From Halorussus marinus (GTDB taxonomy: Archaea; Halobacteriota; Halobacteria; Halobacteriales; Haladaptataceae), in the NCBI RefSeq assembly GCF_004765795.1, contig NZ_SBIV01000013.1, positions 1-42,709 on the forward strand: a DNA stretch of 42,709 nucleotides, given 5' to 3'. The notes under the pieces were generated by a model. That model saw nothing but the letters and a program-made list of their open reading frames with translations. It was not told where the DNA came from and searched no databases. Of this stretch, positions 25,915 to 35,649 are shown piece by piece. Position 1 is the first letter of the stretch; each line of letters starts with the position of its first letter. A program made the position numbers and the translations under genes.

Positions 25915-27487
25915 TACACAGACCCCGTCGACCGGCGAGACCGAGGAGGTCGAGCTATCCCGTACCCAGATCCGGGCAGCGTACAACCCATTCGAACACG
26001 GGTGCTGGCTCGACTTCGCGAATAAGCTCACCCAGGGCTACATGGCCGCCGAACACGACGACTGGAGCCCGCTCGGCGACCACCACGACCAGTGGCTCCG
26101 ACACCTCGCCGGCGAGGCGGACGTCGACAGCGACCTCGCACTGCTCTGCCACCGAGATGGCCTTAAGACGACCATCATCACGGCATTCGCGGTTGCCTGT
26201 CTCGAGTACCTAGACGGCTACCGCGTGATCTGGGCGATGAACACCCAGGACCAGGCCTACGAGAAGGCCGACCGCGAACTCAACAAGTTCATCGAGCGCA
26301 ACCCGTGGCTACTCAACCTCAACAAACCCCGGAAGACCGACTCGAAGAAGACCAAGGAGTTCGCGAACGGCTCCAGCCTGACGACCGGCTGGCTGAAGGG
26401 CGCGATCGAGGGCGCGCGTGCGCACCTGCTCATCCTCGACGACATTATCAAGGAACTCGGCGACGGCTCGACCGAGAGCGTCCTCAACTGGGTCGACGGC
26501 GTCGCCCAGCCGATGGTCAAAGACGACGGCCGGACGGTGCTCGTGGGGACGCGGAAGCGCCCCGACGATATCTACAACCACTACCGCGACTACGGGGGGT
26601 ACGCGCTCCGGGAGTTCCCCGCAATCCTCGACACCTGGGACCAAGAGTTCGGCGAGGATGACGACTGGCAGACCCGGCGCCCCGACCCCGAGTTCTACAC
26701 CGAGGTCGAGAACCCGTGGGGCGGGGGAACGCTCCAGTTGCTCTGGCCGGAGGCCCGCGGACCGGACTGGCTCGCAGACAAGCGCTCGAAGATGGCCGAC
26801 CATCTGTTCTGGCGCGAGTACACCCTGACTATCCGCGGCGCTTCGGGGAACCTCATCAGCGCCGACGACGTCAACCGGCGCGTCGAGGATGGCGGCTGCA
26901 GCATCCGTGGGGCCTCCCCACCCTCGAAGTATCGTGCTGGCGCGAACGAAGCGATCGTTGTCGCCCACGACCCCGCCCAGTCGCCTACCGGCGACGACGC
27001 GGCGTTCGTCGTGTTCCGCGCCAGAGCCGATGGGGCGCGCACCCTCCTTGACGCCCGCGCGGATCAGGGCCTGCAGCCCAGCCAGATCAAGGCTCAACTC
27101 GCGGAGTACGACCGGCGGTACGACCCGGCGCTGATCGTGATCGAGGACAACGGCATGCAGCAGTACGTGGTCAACGACGCGATCGAGTTCAGTCCCCAGC
27201 TGGCAGGGAAGGTCACGGGAATTTCGACGTCCGGCCAAAAGCACTCCTGGGAGAACGGCATCCCTCGGCTTCGGACGCTCGTTGAGAACGGCGCCATCCA
27301 GTTCTACCGCGGGCACCAGGCCAGCGAGGAGTTCGTTCAGGCTGCGATGAGCCTCGAACTGCAGGACGGCAAGCTGCAGGGGCACACACCAGACCTGATC
27401 GCAGCGTGGTACATGGCTGAGCAAGGGATGCGCCGGCTGGCCTTCGACGCCGGCGATGAAGAGGACTCTGGGGTGAACTACTTATGA
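25907..27487 (+). CDS. terL: Terminase large subunit
   Basis: HRDGLKTT Walker A variant, LLILDD Walker B, VGTR coupling motif, AHDPA and IEDNG and HTPD nuclease motifs; start moved to ATG 25907. Confidence 0.92.
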   Translation: MSSTQTPSTGETEEVELSRTQIRAAYNPFEHGCWLDFANKLTQGYMAAEHDDWSPLGDHHDQWLRHLAGEADVDSDLALLCHRDGLKTTIITAFAVACLEYLDGYRVIWAMNTQDQAYEKADRELNKFIERNPWLLNLNKPRKTDSKKTKEFANGSSLTTGWLKGAIEGARAHLLILDDIIKELGDGSTESVLNWVDGVAQPMVKDDGRTVLVGTRKRPDDIYNHYRDYGGYALREFPAILDTWDQEFGEDDDWQTRRPDPEFYTEVENPWGGGTLQLLWPEARGPDWLADKRSKMADHLFWREYTLTIRGASGNLISADDVNRRVEDGGCSIRGASPPSKYRAGANEAIVVAHDPAQSPTGDDAAFVVFRARADGARTLLDARADQGLQPSQIKAQLAEYDRRYDPALIVIEDNGMQQYVVNDAIEFSPQLAGKVTGISTSGQKHSWENGIPRLRTLVENGAIQFYRGHQASEEFVQAAMSLELQDGKLQGHTPDLIAAWYMAEQGMRRLAFDAGDEEDSGVNYL

Positions 27488-29457
27488 GTGAGACAGACGC
27501 AGACGACGAGTCAGACGTAAAGATCCATGTCGACGGGATGGGCGGCGGCGCCGATCTCTCGAAGGCCGAGACGACTACGCAGCTGGCCGAGCGCCGCATT
27601 CGCTCGCTCGGCGTCGGCGTCAAGCCACCTTACAACCCCGACCGGCTCGCGAGCTTCCTCGAGCTCAACGAGACGCTGGCCACAGGCATCCGAAAGAAAG
27701 CCCGCTACGAAGTCGGGCTCGGATTCGACATTGTCCCCCATCCCTACATCGATGCCGAGGACGCCGACGAGGACGAACGCGAGGTCGTCCAGTGGTTCTG
27801 GCGGGGCCCCGACTCGCGATGGCAGACGTCCGCCGACCGGCCGGCCGAACCCGCAACGCCCGAGGAAGTGAAAGAGCTCGTCCGCCAGGACTACCACCTC
27901 GTCGGCTGGTGCTGCTTCGAAGTCCTCGTCAACGCCGAGGGCAAGCCGGTCGGCCTGGCGCACGTCCCCGCGAACACAGTCCGCGTCCGCCGTCCCCAGG
28001 AGTCGATCAGCCACACCCAGCCCCAGCACCCCGAAGAGGGCCGATTCGTTGACGGCGACGTCGCCGAGTTCGCGTCCCGAGGCTACGTCCAGATCAGGAA
28101 CGGCCGGCGGCGGTACTTCGGCGAATTCGGCGACCGCTACCGGGGACTGGAGCCCCAAATCCAGACCACCGGCGACGGCCCGCCGACAGTCACGTACACG
28201 GAGGCTGACGACGATGAGGAACCCATCTTCGTCGACCGCGAGACGGGCGACGTCGCCGTCGGGAGCGCGGAAGCGCTCGATAATGCGCCGGCGAACGAGC
28301 TGATCTTCATCAAGAACCCCAACCCGCTGGAGGACGACTACGGCGTTCCGGACTGGGTGTCGGCGATGCGGACGATCAGCGCGGACGAGGCGGCGAAAGA
28401 CTACAACCGCCAGTTCTTCCAGAACGACACGATCCCGCGGCTGGTCGTCAAGGTCACCGGCGGCGAGCTGAAAGAGGAATCGAAGCGCGACCTCCGCCAG
28501 ATGCTCAACGGGCTTCGCGAAGAGTCCCATCGCGCAGTCACGCTGGAGGTTGAGAAGTTCAAGACCCAGAACGATCTCGGCGACGAGGAGCTCGAGATCG
28601 AGATCGAGCCGCTCGGCCAGGGCATCAGCGAGGAGATGGATTTCCGGCAGTTCCGCGAGAAGAACGAGCACGAGATCGCGAAAGTGCTGGAGATGCCGCC
28701 CATCAAGATCGGCGTCACCGATTCCGCGAACCGGTCGAACTCCGACCAGCAGGACCGGGACTTCGCGCTCGAGGTGATCCAGCCCGAGCAGAACAAACTG
28801 GAGGCCCGCCTCTACAAGACACTCCATCAGACGGCGTTCGGAGTCTCGGACTGGACGATCGACTACGAGCTCCGCGGCGCCGACCAGCCCAAGGAGGATG
28901 CGCAGCTGGCCGAGCAGCGCGTCCGCGCCATGCGGCTGGCCGGCGTCGGTACCGTCGACGAGGCCCGCGAGGAACTCGGCCTCGACCCGCTCGGCGACCC
29001 CTACGGGAGCATGACGCTCCAGGAGTTCGAAGAGGAGTTCGGCGGCAACCCGGCCGGCGAGGGCGAGACGGAGGCCGTTCACGAGCCGCCGGCGGAGTAC
29101 AAGATCGGCGAGCGCGAGTGGGATGCGGTCAAGAGCAACCTCGTCGCCAAGGACGCGGTCGAGCAGACGCAGTTCAGTAGTTCGAATCTCGACGAGGGGC
29201 TCTACGACTACGACGCCCAGGAGCTCTACCTGTCGTTCCTCCGGGAGGATGGGCAGTCCTCGCTGTACGCCTACGTCGACGTCCCGCCCTCGGAGTGGGC
29301 GGCGCTGACCAGCGCTGGCTCGGCAGGCGGCTACCACTATGACTCGATCCGGCTAGAGTATCCCTACTTAGAGATCACGAACTTCCACGACCGGCTTCCC
29401 GAGGGCCCGACGCCGGACCCTGGGGAAGTCCCCGACGACGTCCCGAGCGACATCTGA
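27484..29457 (+). CDS. Portal protein with C-terminal KTSC-like domain
   Basis: Follows terL; LAHVPANTVR, YGVPD, FFQNDTIP, IAKVLEMPP, TVDEAREELGLDP; tail SSSNL..GLYD...LYLSF..YAYVDVP..W..L..A.S.G.Y. Confidence 0.92.
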   Translation: MSETDADDESDVKIHVDGMGGGADLSKAETTTQLAERRIRSLGVGVKPPYNPDRLASFLELNETLATGIRKKARYEVGLGFDIVPHPYIDAEDADEDEREVVQWFWRGPDSRWQTSADRPAEPATPEEVKELVRQDYHLVGWCCFEVLVNAEGKPVGLAHVPANTVRVRRPQESISHTQPQHPEEGRFVDGDVAEFASRGYVQIRNGRRRYFGEFGDRYRGLEPQIQTTGDGPPTVTYTEADDDEEPIFVDRETGDVAVGSAEALDNAPANELIFIKNPNPLEDDYGVPDWVSAMRTISADEAAKDYNRQFFQNDTIPRLVVKVTGGELKEESKRDLRQMLNGLREESHRAVTLEVEKFKTQNDLGDEELEIEIEPLGQGISEEMDFRQFREKNEHEIAKVLEMPPIKIGVTDSANRSNSDQQDRDFALEVIQPEQNKLEARLYKTLHQTAFGVSDWTIDYELRGADQPKEDAQLAEQRVRAMRLAGVGTVDEAREELGLDPLGDPYGSMTLQEFEEEFGGNPAGEGETEAVHEPPAEYKIGEREWDAVKSNLVAKDAVEQTQFSSSNLDEGLYDYDAQELYLSFLREDGQSSLYAYVDVPPSEWAALTSAGSAGGYHYDSIRLEYPYLEITNFHDRLPEGPTPDPGEVPDDVPSDI

Positions 29458-29534
29458 CGACGACCGCCGATGACCCAGGGAGCGCCCGACTCCCCTGTGC
29501 GAGGCACGACCGGGGCACGGAGTTCTACGAGACC

Positions 29535-29657
29535 ATGAGCAACAACGACAGCAAGCGCGGCAAGAAGCGTGGCGTCCTCGGCACCGGTCGTGCCCAGAAG
29601 CTCGACAAGACCACGGACGCCGACGCCGACGCCGCCGACGATGATGACGAGGACTGA
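29535..29657 (+). CDS. 40-aa basic/acidic bipartite peptide
   Basis: MSNNDSKRGKKRGVLGTGRAQKLDKTTDADADAADDDDED (manual translation). Confidence 0.55.
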   Translation: MSNNDSKRGKKRGVLGTGRAQKLDKTTDADADAADDDDED

Positions 29658-29660
29658 CAC

Positions 29661-29828
29661 ATGCCACTGTGCACCAAGTGCAAGGCCGAGGCCGAGGTAA
29701 CCCACCGGGGACCATCTACGCCAGGATGGATCCGGTGGCTTCTATCGGCATGGCCTGGGCCGCGGTCCAGAGGCGGACAAGCCGAGCAGTGCGACGAGTG
29801 TTCGCGCTGCCGGCCAGCGGAGGTCTGA
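29661..29828 (+). CDS. 55-aa CxxC micro-protein
   Basis: MPLCTKC...CDECSRC (manual translation); fills the gap to the protease gene. Confidence 0.45.
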   Translation: MPLCTKCKAEAEVTHRGPSTPGWIRWLLSAWPGPRSRGGQAEQCDECSRCRPAEV

Positions 29829-29831
29829 CAC

Positions 29832-31265
29832 ATGCCTCCGGTAACGAAAGCAGGCGGCGAGCAGTTCCGCAAGGACGTCGAGTTCGTCACGAAGGACGAC
29901 GACGATCAGATCGCGTCCGGCATCGTGATGGTGCCAGACAAAGCCGACCTCCAAAACGACTTCGCCCGCGAGGAAACGATCCGCGGGTTCGCCGACCAGT
30001 TCGAGACGTTCGAGGAAGCCGGCGAAGCCGGCGGCGGCATCATGCACGCCGTCTTCCCCGACGACTGGATGGACCTCGAGCGTAACGAGGTTCTCGACGA
30101 CGCCGAGGAGATTGGCGGCGAGGAAGTGCCTGCGGGAGCGTGGATCCAGGACTGGCAGATCAACAACGACCAGCTCTGGGACCTCGTCAAGGACGACATT
30201 CTCGCCGGGTACAGCATCGGCGCCCGAGACGTCTCCTGGAACGGCCCCTACGAACAGGACGAGGTCGACGATGTCGAGGTCCCCGAAGAACTCGGCGACG
30301 AACTCGTCTGGGAGCTCGCCGACGGCCTCATCCGCGAGGTGTCCACCGTCGACATCCCGGCCGTGCCGGACGCCCAGATTCTCGACACGAAGGCCGCTGC
30401 GGAGAAGCGACTCGGCGACTACCTCGGCGACCCGAACGGCTTCGTCGAGGAAGCGCTCGAGCGCGGCCACAGCGAGGAGGAAGCCGAACAGCTGTGGGAT
30501 GTCCTCTCCACGGCGGCCGAGGTGGAGGGCGCTGGTGCTCCGGGTGAGAAGTCCGTCTTCGAGCGCCTCGGAAAGGCCGTTTTCGAGGCGCTCCCCGGAC
30601 GCGGCGAGTCCACTGGGACGGCGTCCCGGGGCGCGGAGGCCCCCTACGAAGGCGCCGAAAGCGGGTGCTGGGAAATCGCAGTCGAGGACGGTACCGAAGG
30701 GTACCAGCACTCGGAGACTGGTGAGTTCGTCCCCGTCGACGAGGCGGACGCGGACATCATGGCTGACATCAACGAAGCCGAATCGGACGCGAAGGACGCT
30801 ACCGGCAGCGACACGCCGGGCGACGATGGCGGCAGTGACGGCGACGTCGACGCCGCCAGCGACACCGACAACATGAGCAACGACAACCCCGACGACGGCG
30901 GCTCCGATGCGAAGGAGCTCGCCGAGAAGAACGCAGAACAGATCAGCGAACTGACCGCGGCGGTCGAAGATCTCACCGAGTCCCTCACGGGCCCCGAGGC
31001 GAAGACCGCGGAGATCGAGATCGGCGGCGAGACCTACGAGGTCCAGGAGGACGCCGCGAAGGCAGCGCTCGGCGTCGACGAGGAGACGAGCGTCGCCGAC
31101 GCGATCGAGCAGCTGAATAGCCAGGTCGAGCGGGCGAATAACCGCATCGACGCGATCAACCGCCAGAGCGGCGCCAGTGGGCAGGTCGACCCCGCGGCCG
31201 CGAAGAACGAGAACGAAGGGGACGGCGAGGGCAGTCTCGACGGCCTCGGGAAGGCGCTGTCCTAA
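29832..31265 (+). CDS. Prohead protease (XkdF-like) fused to acidic coiled-coil scaffold
   Basis: GIVMVPD..DLQND, MH, GAWI, GYSIG, EVSTVDIPAVPDA; lies between portal and capsid. Confidence 0.85.
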   Translation: MPPVTKAGGEQFRKDVEFVTKDDDDQIASGIVMVPDKADLQNDFAREETIRGFADQFETFEEAGEAGGGIMHAVFPDDWMDLERNEVLDDAEEIGGEEVPAGAWIQDWQINNDQLWDLVKDDILAGYSIGARDVSWNGPYEQDEVDDVEVPEELGDELVWELADGLIREVSTVDIPAVPDAQILDTKAAAEKRLGDYLGDPNGFVEEALERGHSEEEAEQLWDVLSTAAEVEGAGAPGEKSVFERLGKAVFEALPGRGESTGTASRGAEAPYEGAESGCWEIAVEDGTEGYQHSETGEFVPVDEADADIMADINEAESDAKDATGSDTPGDDGGSDGDVDAASDTDNMSNDNPDDGGSDAKELAEKNAEQISELTAAVEDLTESLTGPEAKTAEIEIGGETYEVQEDAAKAALGVDEETSVADAIEQLNSQVERANNRIDAINRQSGASGQVDPAAAKNENEGDGEGSLDGLGKALS

Positions 31266-31277
31266 GAGGACTTCAAC

Positions 31278-32360
31278 ATGAGCACGAACACCATCAACAC
31301 GGTTAGGCGGCAGAACGAACTGGCAGGCACCGCGCAGAAGGACATCGGCCTCGCCGAGCTCGACGGCTTCCAGCTCCCGGTCGACGTCACCGAGGAGATG
31401 CTGGATCGGATGCAGAAGGGCGTCCAAGTCCTCGGCATGGCCGACACGATGACGCTTCCCCGGCTGGAGATGGACGTCCCGCAGTTCGGCGTCCCGCGAC
31501 TCTCCGGCCACACGCGCGACGAGGAAGGCAGCCGCACCCAGAACTCCGAGGCGGAGTCTGGCAAGGTGCAGTTCAACGCGACGGACAAGCAGTACTACAT
31601 CCTCGTCGAGCCCAAGCGCGACGCGCTCAAGAACACCCACTACGGGCCCGACCAGTTCGGCCAGTATATCATCGACCAGTTCATCGAACGCTACGGGAAC
31701 GACCTCGGGCTGATCGGGCTGCGCGCCGGCGCCTCCAGTGGGAACCTCCAGTCGCTCGGCGGCGCTGCGGAACTCGACAACACGTGGACGGGCTGGATCG
31801 CGCGCGCCGAAGGCGACACCCAGTCCGTCGACGACCAGGGCGACTCCACGCGCATCGGTCTCGAGGACACCAGCACTGCGGACGCAGGGTCGATGCCGAC
31901 GATCGCGAACACGGACGGCTCGGGCAACCCGCAGCCCATCGACACGAGTCTCTTCGACCAGACCATCACGACGCTCGACTCCCGGTACCGGGATGGCGAC
32001 GGCGTCGACCCGGTGCTGATGACGAGCCCGAATCAGGTGCAGCGGTACGCGATGGCGCTCACCGAACGCGAAGATCCGCTCGGCAGTGCGGTCATCATGG
32101 GCGACAGCGACATCACGCCGTTCTCCTACGACCTCATCGGCGTGAACGGCTGGCCGGACGAGTACATGATGTTCACCGACCCGAACAACTTCGCGTTCGG
32201 GCTGTACGAGGAGATGGAGCTCGACCAGACGCGCGACACGGACACCACGTACGAGCAGCGCCTTCACTCCCGCAACTGGCTGGAGGGACAGTTCGACTTC
32301 CAGATCAAGGAGATGCAGGCCGGCGTGCTCGTGACCGACCTGCAGTCCCCGACGGCCTAA
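31278..32360 (+). CDS. Major capsid protein (HK97-fold)
   Basis: 360 aa after the protease; position and pattern (FTDPNNFAFG, DFQI). Confidence 0.88.
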   Translation: MSTNTINTVRRQNELAGTAQKDIGLAELDGFQLPVDVTEEMLDRMQKGVQVLGMADTMTLPRLEMDVPQFGVPRLSGHTRDEEGSRTQNSEAESGKVQFNATDKQYYILVEPKRDALKNTHYGPDQFGQYIIDQFIERYGNDLGLIGLRAGASSGNLQSLGGAAELDNTWTGWIARAEGDTQSVDDQGDSTRIGLEDTSTADAGSMPTIANTDGSGNPQPIDTSLFDQTITTLDSRYRDGDGVDPVLMTSPNQVQRYAMALTEREDPLGSAVIMGDSDITPFSYDLIGVNGWPDEYMMFTDPNNFAFGLYEEMELDQTRDTDTTYEQRLHSRNWLEGQFDFQIKEMQAGVLVTDLQSPTA

Positions 32361-32370
32361 GTGGTGACTC

Positions 32371-32745
32371 ATGAGTGAGACCACCAACGCGGCGATCCGC
32401 GACCGCTACGAGCGCGGGCTTGCGCTCACCGACGGCGCTCGCGGGAACGTCGCGACCGACAGCCCGGCGAACGGCGCCGACACAGTCGTCGCCGGGGATG
32501 CCGACGTCCACGTCGTCACCGCCGACGGCACGAACACGGTCGACCTCTCCGGTGCTGCTGAGGAAGGCCGCCAAGTCACTGTCGTCCACAACGGCGGCGC
32601 GTCGACGCCGACGCTGTCGTTCGCCGACGCGGACTTCGTCGGGACCGGCCCGGCGAACATGACCGCGGCGGGCGCGACGGCAACCGTCCTGAACATCGAT
32701 GGCTCGGCGTCCGGCTGGATCGTCGTTGCAACGGGGAGTGCCTGA
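32371..32745 (+). CDS. Putative capsid decoration protein
   Basis: Small beta-rich A/G/T protein right after the capsid gene. Confidence 0.5.
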   Translation: MSETTNAAIRDRYERGLALTDGARGNVATDSPANGADTVVAGDADVHVVTADGTNTVDLSGAAEEGRQVTVVHNGGASTPTLSFADADFVGTGPANMTAAGATATVLNIDGSASGWIVVATGSA

Positions 32746-32747
32746 TC

Positions 32748-33131
32748 ATGCCGGTCGCTGAGAAGACCACCGGCGGTGAGGTCTACCTCCGCGGGATCGA
32801 CCGACGCGTTTCAACCGGTGACCGCGTCGACGTCTCTGAGGAGTTCGCTACCTACCTGATCGAGGAGCGCAACGACTTCCGCATCGTCGACGTGCAGGAC
32901 GCCGAGTTCCGCGAGATCGACGACGCTGACACCGACACTGCCGAAGAGGACAGCGACGGCGAGGCGGGCTTCGACGCCGCGGCGTTCGTCGACCGCACGC
33001 CGATGGACGACGTCGTCGAGGAGATCGAGGCCGGCGAGGTCGACGAGCATCTTGACGCCGTCCAGGAGGCGGCCGAGCGTGTCGGCGTGGAGGACGCTGT
33101 TGGCCAGCGCCGCGCAGAACTGGAGGACTAA
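32748..33131 (+). CDS. Hypothetical head-region protein
   Basis: 127 aa acidic ORF in the operon. Confidence 0.6.
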   Translation: MPVAEKTTGGEVYLRGIDRRVSTGDRVDVSEEFATYLIEERNDFRIVDVQDAEFREIDDADTDTAEEDSDGEAGFDAAAFVDRTPMDDVVEEIEAGEVDEHLDAVQEAAERVGVEDAVGQRRAELED

Positions 33132-33134
33132 CCC

Positions 33135-33443
33135 ATGCCTCCCTGGCATGACAGCACCGTCATCGCTGACTCGGCGACCTTCAACGCCGGCGAGACGAAG
33201 ACCGCGTCGGTCGAGCAGTACCACACGCCGGCCGTCTGCGTCGCCATCGAGAACCTCGAAGGGAACGCCGACGACACAGTCACCATCGAGATCGTCGGCG
33301 ACGCCGGCACCTACGAGGTCGACAGTCGGACGCTCTCAGAGACAGGCGGCTACGTCGTCGACGTCCCGCAGGCGGAGTCGGTCCAGGTGACCAGCGCGAA
33401 CGGGACGACGATCAGCGCGGAAGCACGGAACAACCCGAGGTAA
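33135..33443 (+). CDS. Small beta-sandwich virion protein
   Basis: 102 aa beta-rich ORF in the operon. Confidence 0.55.
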   Translation: MPPWHDSTVIADSATFNAGETKTASVEQYHTPAVCVAIENLEGNADDTVTIEIVGDAGTYEVDSRTLSETGGYVVDVPQAESVQVTSANGTTISAEARNNPR

Positions 33444-33446
33444 AGG

Positions 33447-34295
33447 ATGGCATCCGGCTACTGCACGCTTGAAGACCTCCGCAGGGCGCTCCAGAAAGCG
33501 GAGCTGCCGGGCGACATCAGCTCGGATAAACAGCTCGCCGTCGACGCGATCGCGGCCCAGACCGAGCCGCTCGAAAAGCGGCTGTCCCGCCACTGGTACG
33601 AGCCCGGCGGGATCAGCGAGGCCTCGGCGATCGACATCCCGACAGGGCCGAACACGCGCGACGACGAACACGACATCCCGACCCACGGCGGGATGGTCCA
33701 CGGCGCTGCCGAGCGCGAGCGACACCGGTACCACGCGAACAGCGATGCGCTGCTCGAGGCCGGGCCCAGGCATGAGCGTCGCCGCCGAGATAACGACGTT
33801 CCAAAACAGAAGATCAAGATCACGACTGGCCCGGAGCACGCGCTCGACCCGCCCATCGACGAGAGCGTGCCGGCGTACACTCGGCTCCGCCTCAACCGGA
33901 AGGACGTCGAGGCGGTGAACCAGCTCATGGTCGTGAACGCCGACGGCGGCTATGACGACTGGACCGCGGAGAAAGACGGCGGTGTCGGTAACCAGCATCG
34001 CGGCGACGATTACTGGGTCCGCGTGAACAACGGCGGTGTCAGCGAGCTCTACCTGGACGTCCACTCGATGGACGATGACTTGGCGTCGCTGTCGAACGCG
34101 GTGTACGTCGACATCGATTACGGCCATGAGGGCATCCCGCGGAACGTCCGGCGGGCGGTTGCGCTTCGTGCGGCGTCAGAGTTCGTGGAGGAGGCTGCGA
34201 TGCAGATCCCGGACAACGCGAAGGTGTACAACGTCGAGTCGCTGGCTGAGAAGTTCGAGCGGAAGGCCGACGAGCTCCTGGAGGTCTACCAGTGA
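33447..34295 (+). CDS. Head-tail adaptor (gp6/gp15-like)
   Basis: N-terminal YCTLEDLR; C-terminal YGHEGIPRNVRRAV. Confidence 0.75.
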   Translation: MASGYCTLEDLRRALQKAELPGDISSDKQLAVDAIAAQTEPLEKRLSRHWYEPGGISEASAIDIPTGPNTRDDEHDIPTHGGMVHGAAERERHRYHANSDALLEAGPRHERRRRDNDVPKQKIKITTGPEHALDPPIDESVPAYTRLRLNRKDVEAVNQLMVVNADGGYDDWTAEKDGGVGNQHRGDDYWVRVNNGGVSELYLDVHSMDDDLASLSNAVYVDIDYGHEGIPRNVRRAVALRAASEFVEEAAMQIPDNAKVYNVESLAEKFERKADELLEVYQ

Positions 34296-34486
34296 CTCTT
34301 CCTGACGACTACGCGGAGCGGTGCCGTGAGCTCGATGCATTCATTCGGTGCCCAGAATGTGGCTCGACGAACGCCACGTTGGAGGTTGACGAAGGCAACG
34401 ATATGGAGGACCGGACGGACTTGCGAGCAGTCTGCACCGAGTGTGACCATCACTCGCCGTGGGTCTATGGACGAGGTGGCCGATGA
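34292..34486 (+). CDS. Zn-ribbon micro-protein
   Basis: CPECGS...CTECDH. Confidence 0.65.
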   Translation: MTLPDDYAERCRELDAFIRCPECGSTNATLEVDEGNDMEDRTDLRAVCTECDHHSPWVYGRGGR

Positions 34487-34905
34487 ACCTCGACAGCAGC
34501 TTCGAAGACGATCTCAGAGCCGCGATCCTCGACGACGTGGAGCAGCAGTTCCGCGACGAGATCGGGCCCGAACTGATCGACGTCGCCCGCAGCAACTGGG
34601 AGGCGTACGCCAGTCGGAACGACTACGACATCAGCCACATCTGGGAGGACGCTGATCTCGTGATCGAGCGCGACGACAGCAGTGTGTCGGTCCGAATCGA
34701 GTGGCCGGAGCTGACAGCACTGTTCGAGTTTGGTGTCAGCCCGCACACGATCGAGGGGAATCCACTCCTCCATTTTTATTGGGACGAGATCGACCAGTGG
34801 GTTACGACCGAGTCGGTCGAGTGGGGGAGTGAGACGGGTGGAATCCCCGAATCACGGGCGATCCGTGACGCCATGAACGAGCTTCGGCGGGTGCTACAAG
34901 CATAA
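34483..34905 (+). CDS. Neck/tail-completion protein (HK97 gp10-like)
   Basis: FEFGVSPHTI...IPESRAIRDA; position; ATG 34483. Confidence 0.7.
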   Translation: MNLDSSFEDDLRAAILDDVEQQFRDEIGPELIDVARSNWEAYASRNDYDISHIWEDADLVIERDDSSVSVRIEWPELTALFEFGVSPHTIEGNPLLHFYWDEIDQWVTTESVEWGSETGGIPESRAIRDAMNELRRVLQA

Positions 34906-35009
34906 TGGTTGCCACCGAGATCACACTCTGCGAGGAGCACGAAACAGCCGGGTGTGGCTGTATCAACGCCGAACGATACGAACTCGTGTTCGGAGGCGGT
35001 TGGTCGTGA
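34905..35009 (+). CDS. 34-aa Cys/His micro-protein
   Basis: MVATEITLCEEHETAGCGCINAERYELVFGGGWS; TAATG and GTGA coupling. Confidence 0.5.
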   Translation: MVATEITLCEEHETAGCGCINAERYELVFGGGWS

Positions 35010-35533
35010 CCGCCACCGTTGTCGAGTGGGTGCTCGACGAGCTCGGCGCAGTCGTCGACGCTCAGCCAGACGCCCATCCGCTCCGGCGTGTCGATCGCGA
35101 CAACTCGCTGCTCTACGACGGCGGCGGCACGTTCGACATGAGCGCGGCCATGGACAAGCGGTCGGACGGCTTCCAGAAGGCGAACTACGTCGGCGCATCA
35201 TTCGCCGACCGAGACCGAGAGTACATCGGATCTGAGCCGAACCTGGACGTCGAGTCGGTTGTCGGAGTCCGGATCGAAGGCTACAGTGGATCGTTCGGCC
35301 ACGTCGATCCGACCGGCCAAGACGGCGTCGTCTTCCACGGCACGGACGAAGCTCTTGTCGAGCAGATTCAGTCGACGCTCTACGATGCGCTCAAGTATCC
35401 CGATGCGGGGCGGACGAACGTTTCGTTCACGCACTTGTCGATCACGAACGAGTCGCCGGCATTGACCGGCTGGCAAGAGTATCACCGCTACGATTTCGAC
35501 GTCGTCTTCGACGGCTACGAGGACTTATCATGA
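35006..35533 (+). CDS. Putative tail terminator
   Basis: Position before tail tube; beta-rich C-terminus; GTG 35006. Confidence 0.55.
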   Translation: MTATVVEWVLDELGAVVDAQPDAHPLRRVDRDNSLLYDGGGTFDMSAAMDKRSDGFQKANYVGASFADRDREYIGSEPNLDVESVVGVRIEGYSGSFGHVDPTGQDGVVFHGTDEALVEQIQSTLYDALKYPDAGRTNVSFTHLSITNESPALTGWQEYHRYDFDVVFDGYEDLS

Positions 35534-35649
35534 CAAACTGCACGCACTGCGGCGAGCCCGTCGCGGGCGGCGAGTGGCATCGGTCGTGCTATCTTGCCGC
35601 CCTCGGCGCACTGCTCGTCCAGACGACTAACGGAGGTATCGCACGATGA
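35530..35649 (+). CDS. 39-aa Zn-finger micro-protein
   Basis: MTNCTHCGEPVAGGEWHRSC...; ATGA coupling at both ends. Confidence 0.55.
   Translation: MTNCTHCGEPVAGGEWHRSCYLAALGALLVQTTNGGIAR

Noticed and set aside
29742..32387. 881-aa minus-strand ORF and similar long antisense ORFs (27511-29337, 26309-27424, 7441-8469, 3999-5057)
   Set aside because: Shadow frames of high-GC coding genes, with V/L/R-rich composition mirroring acidic sense codons
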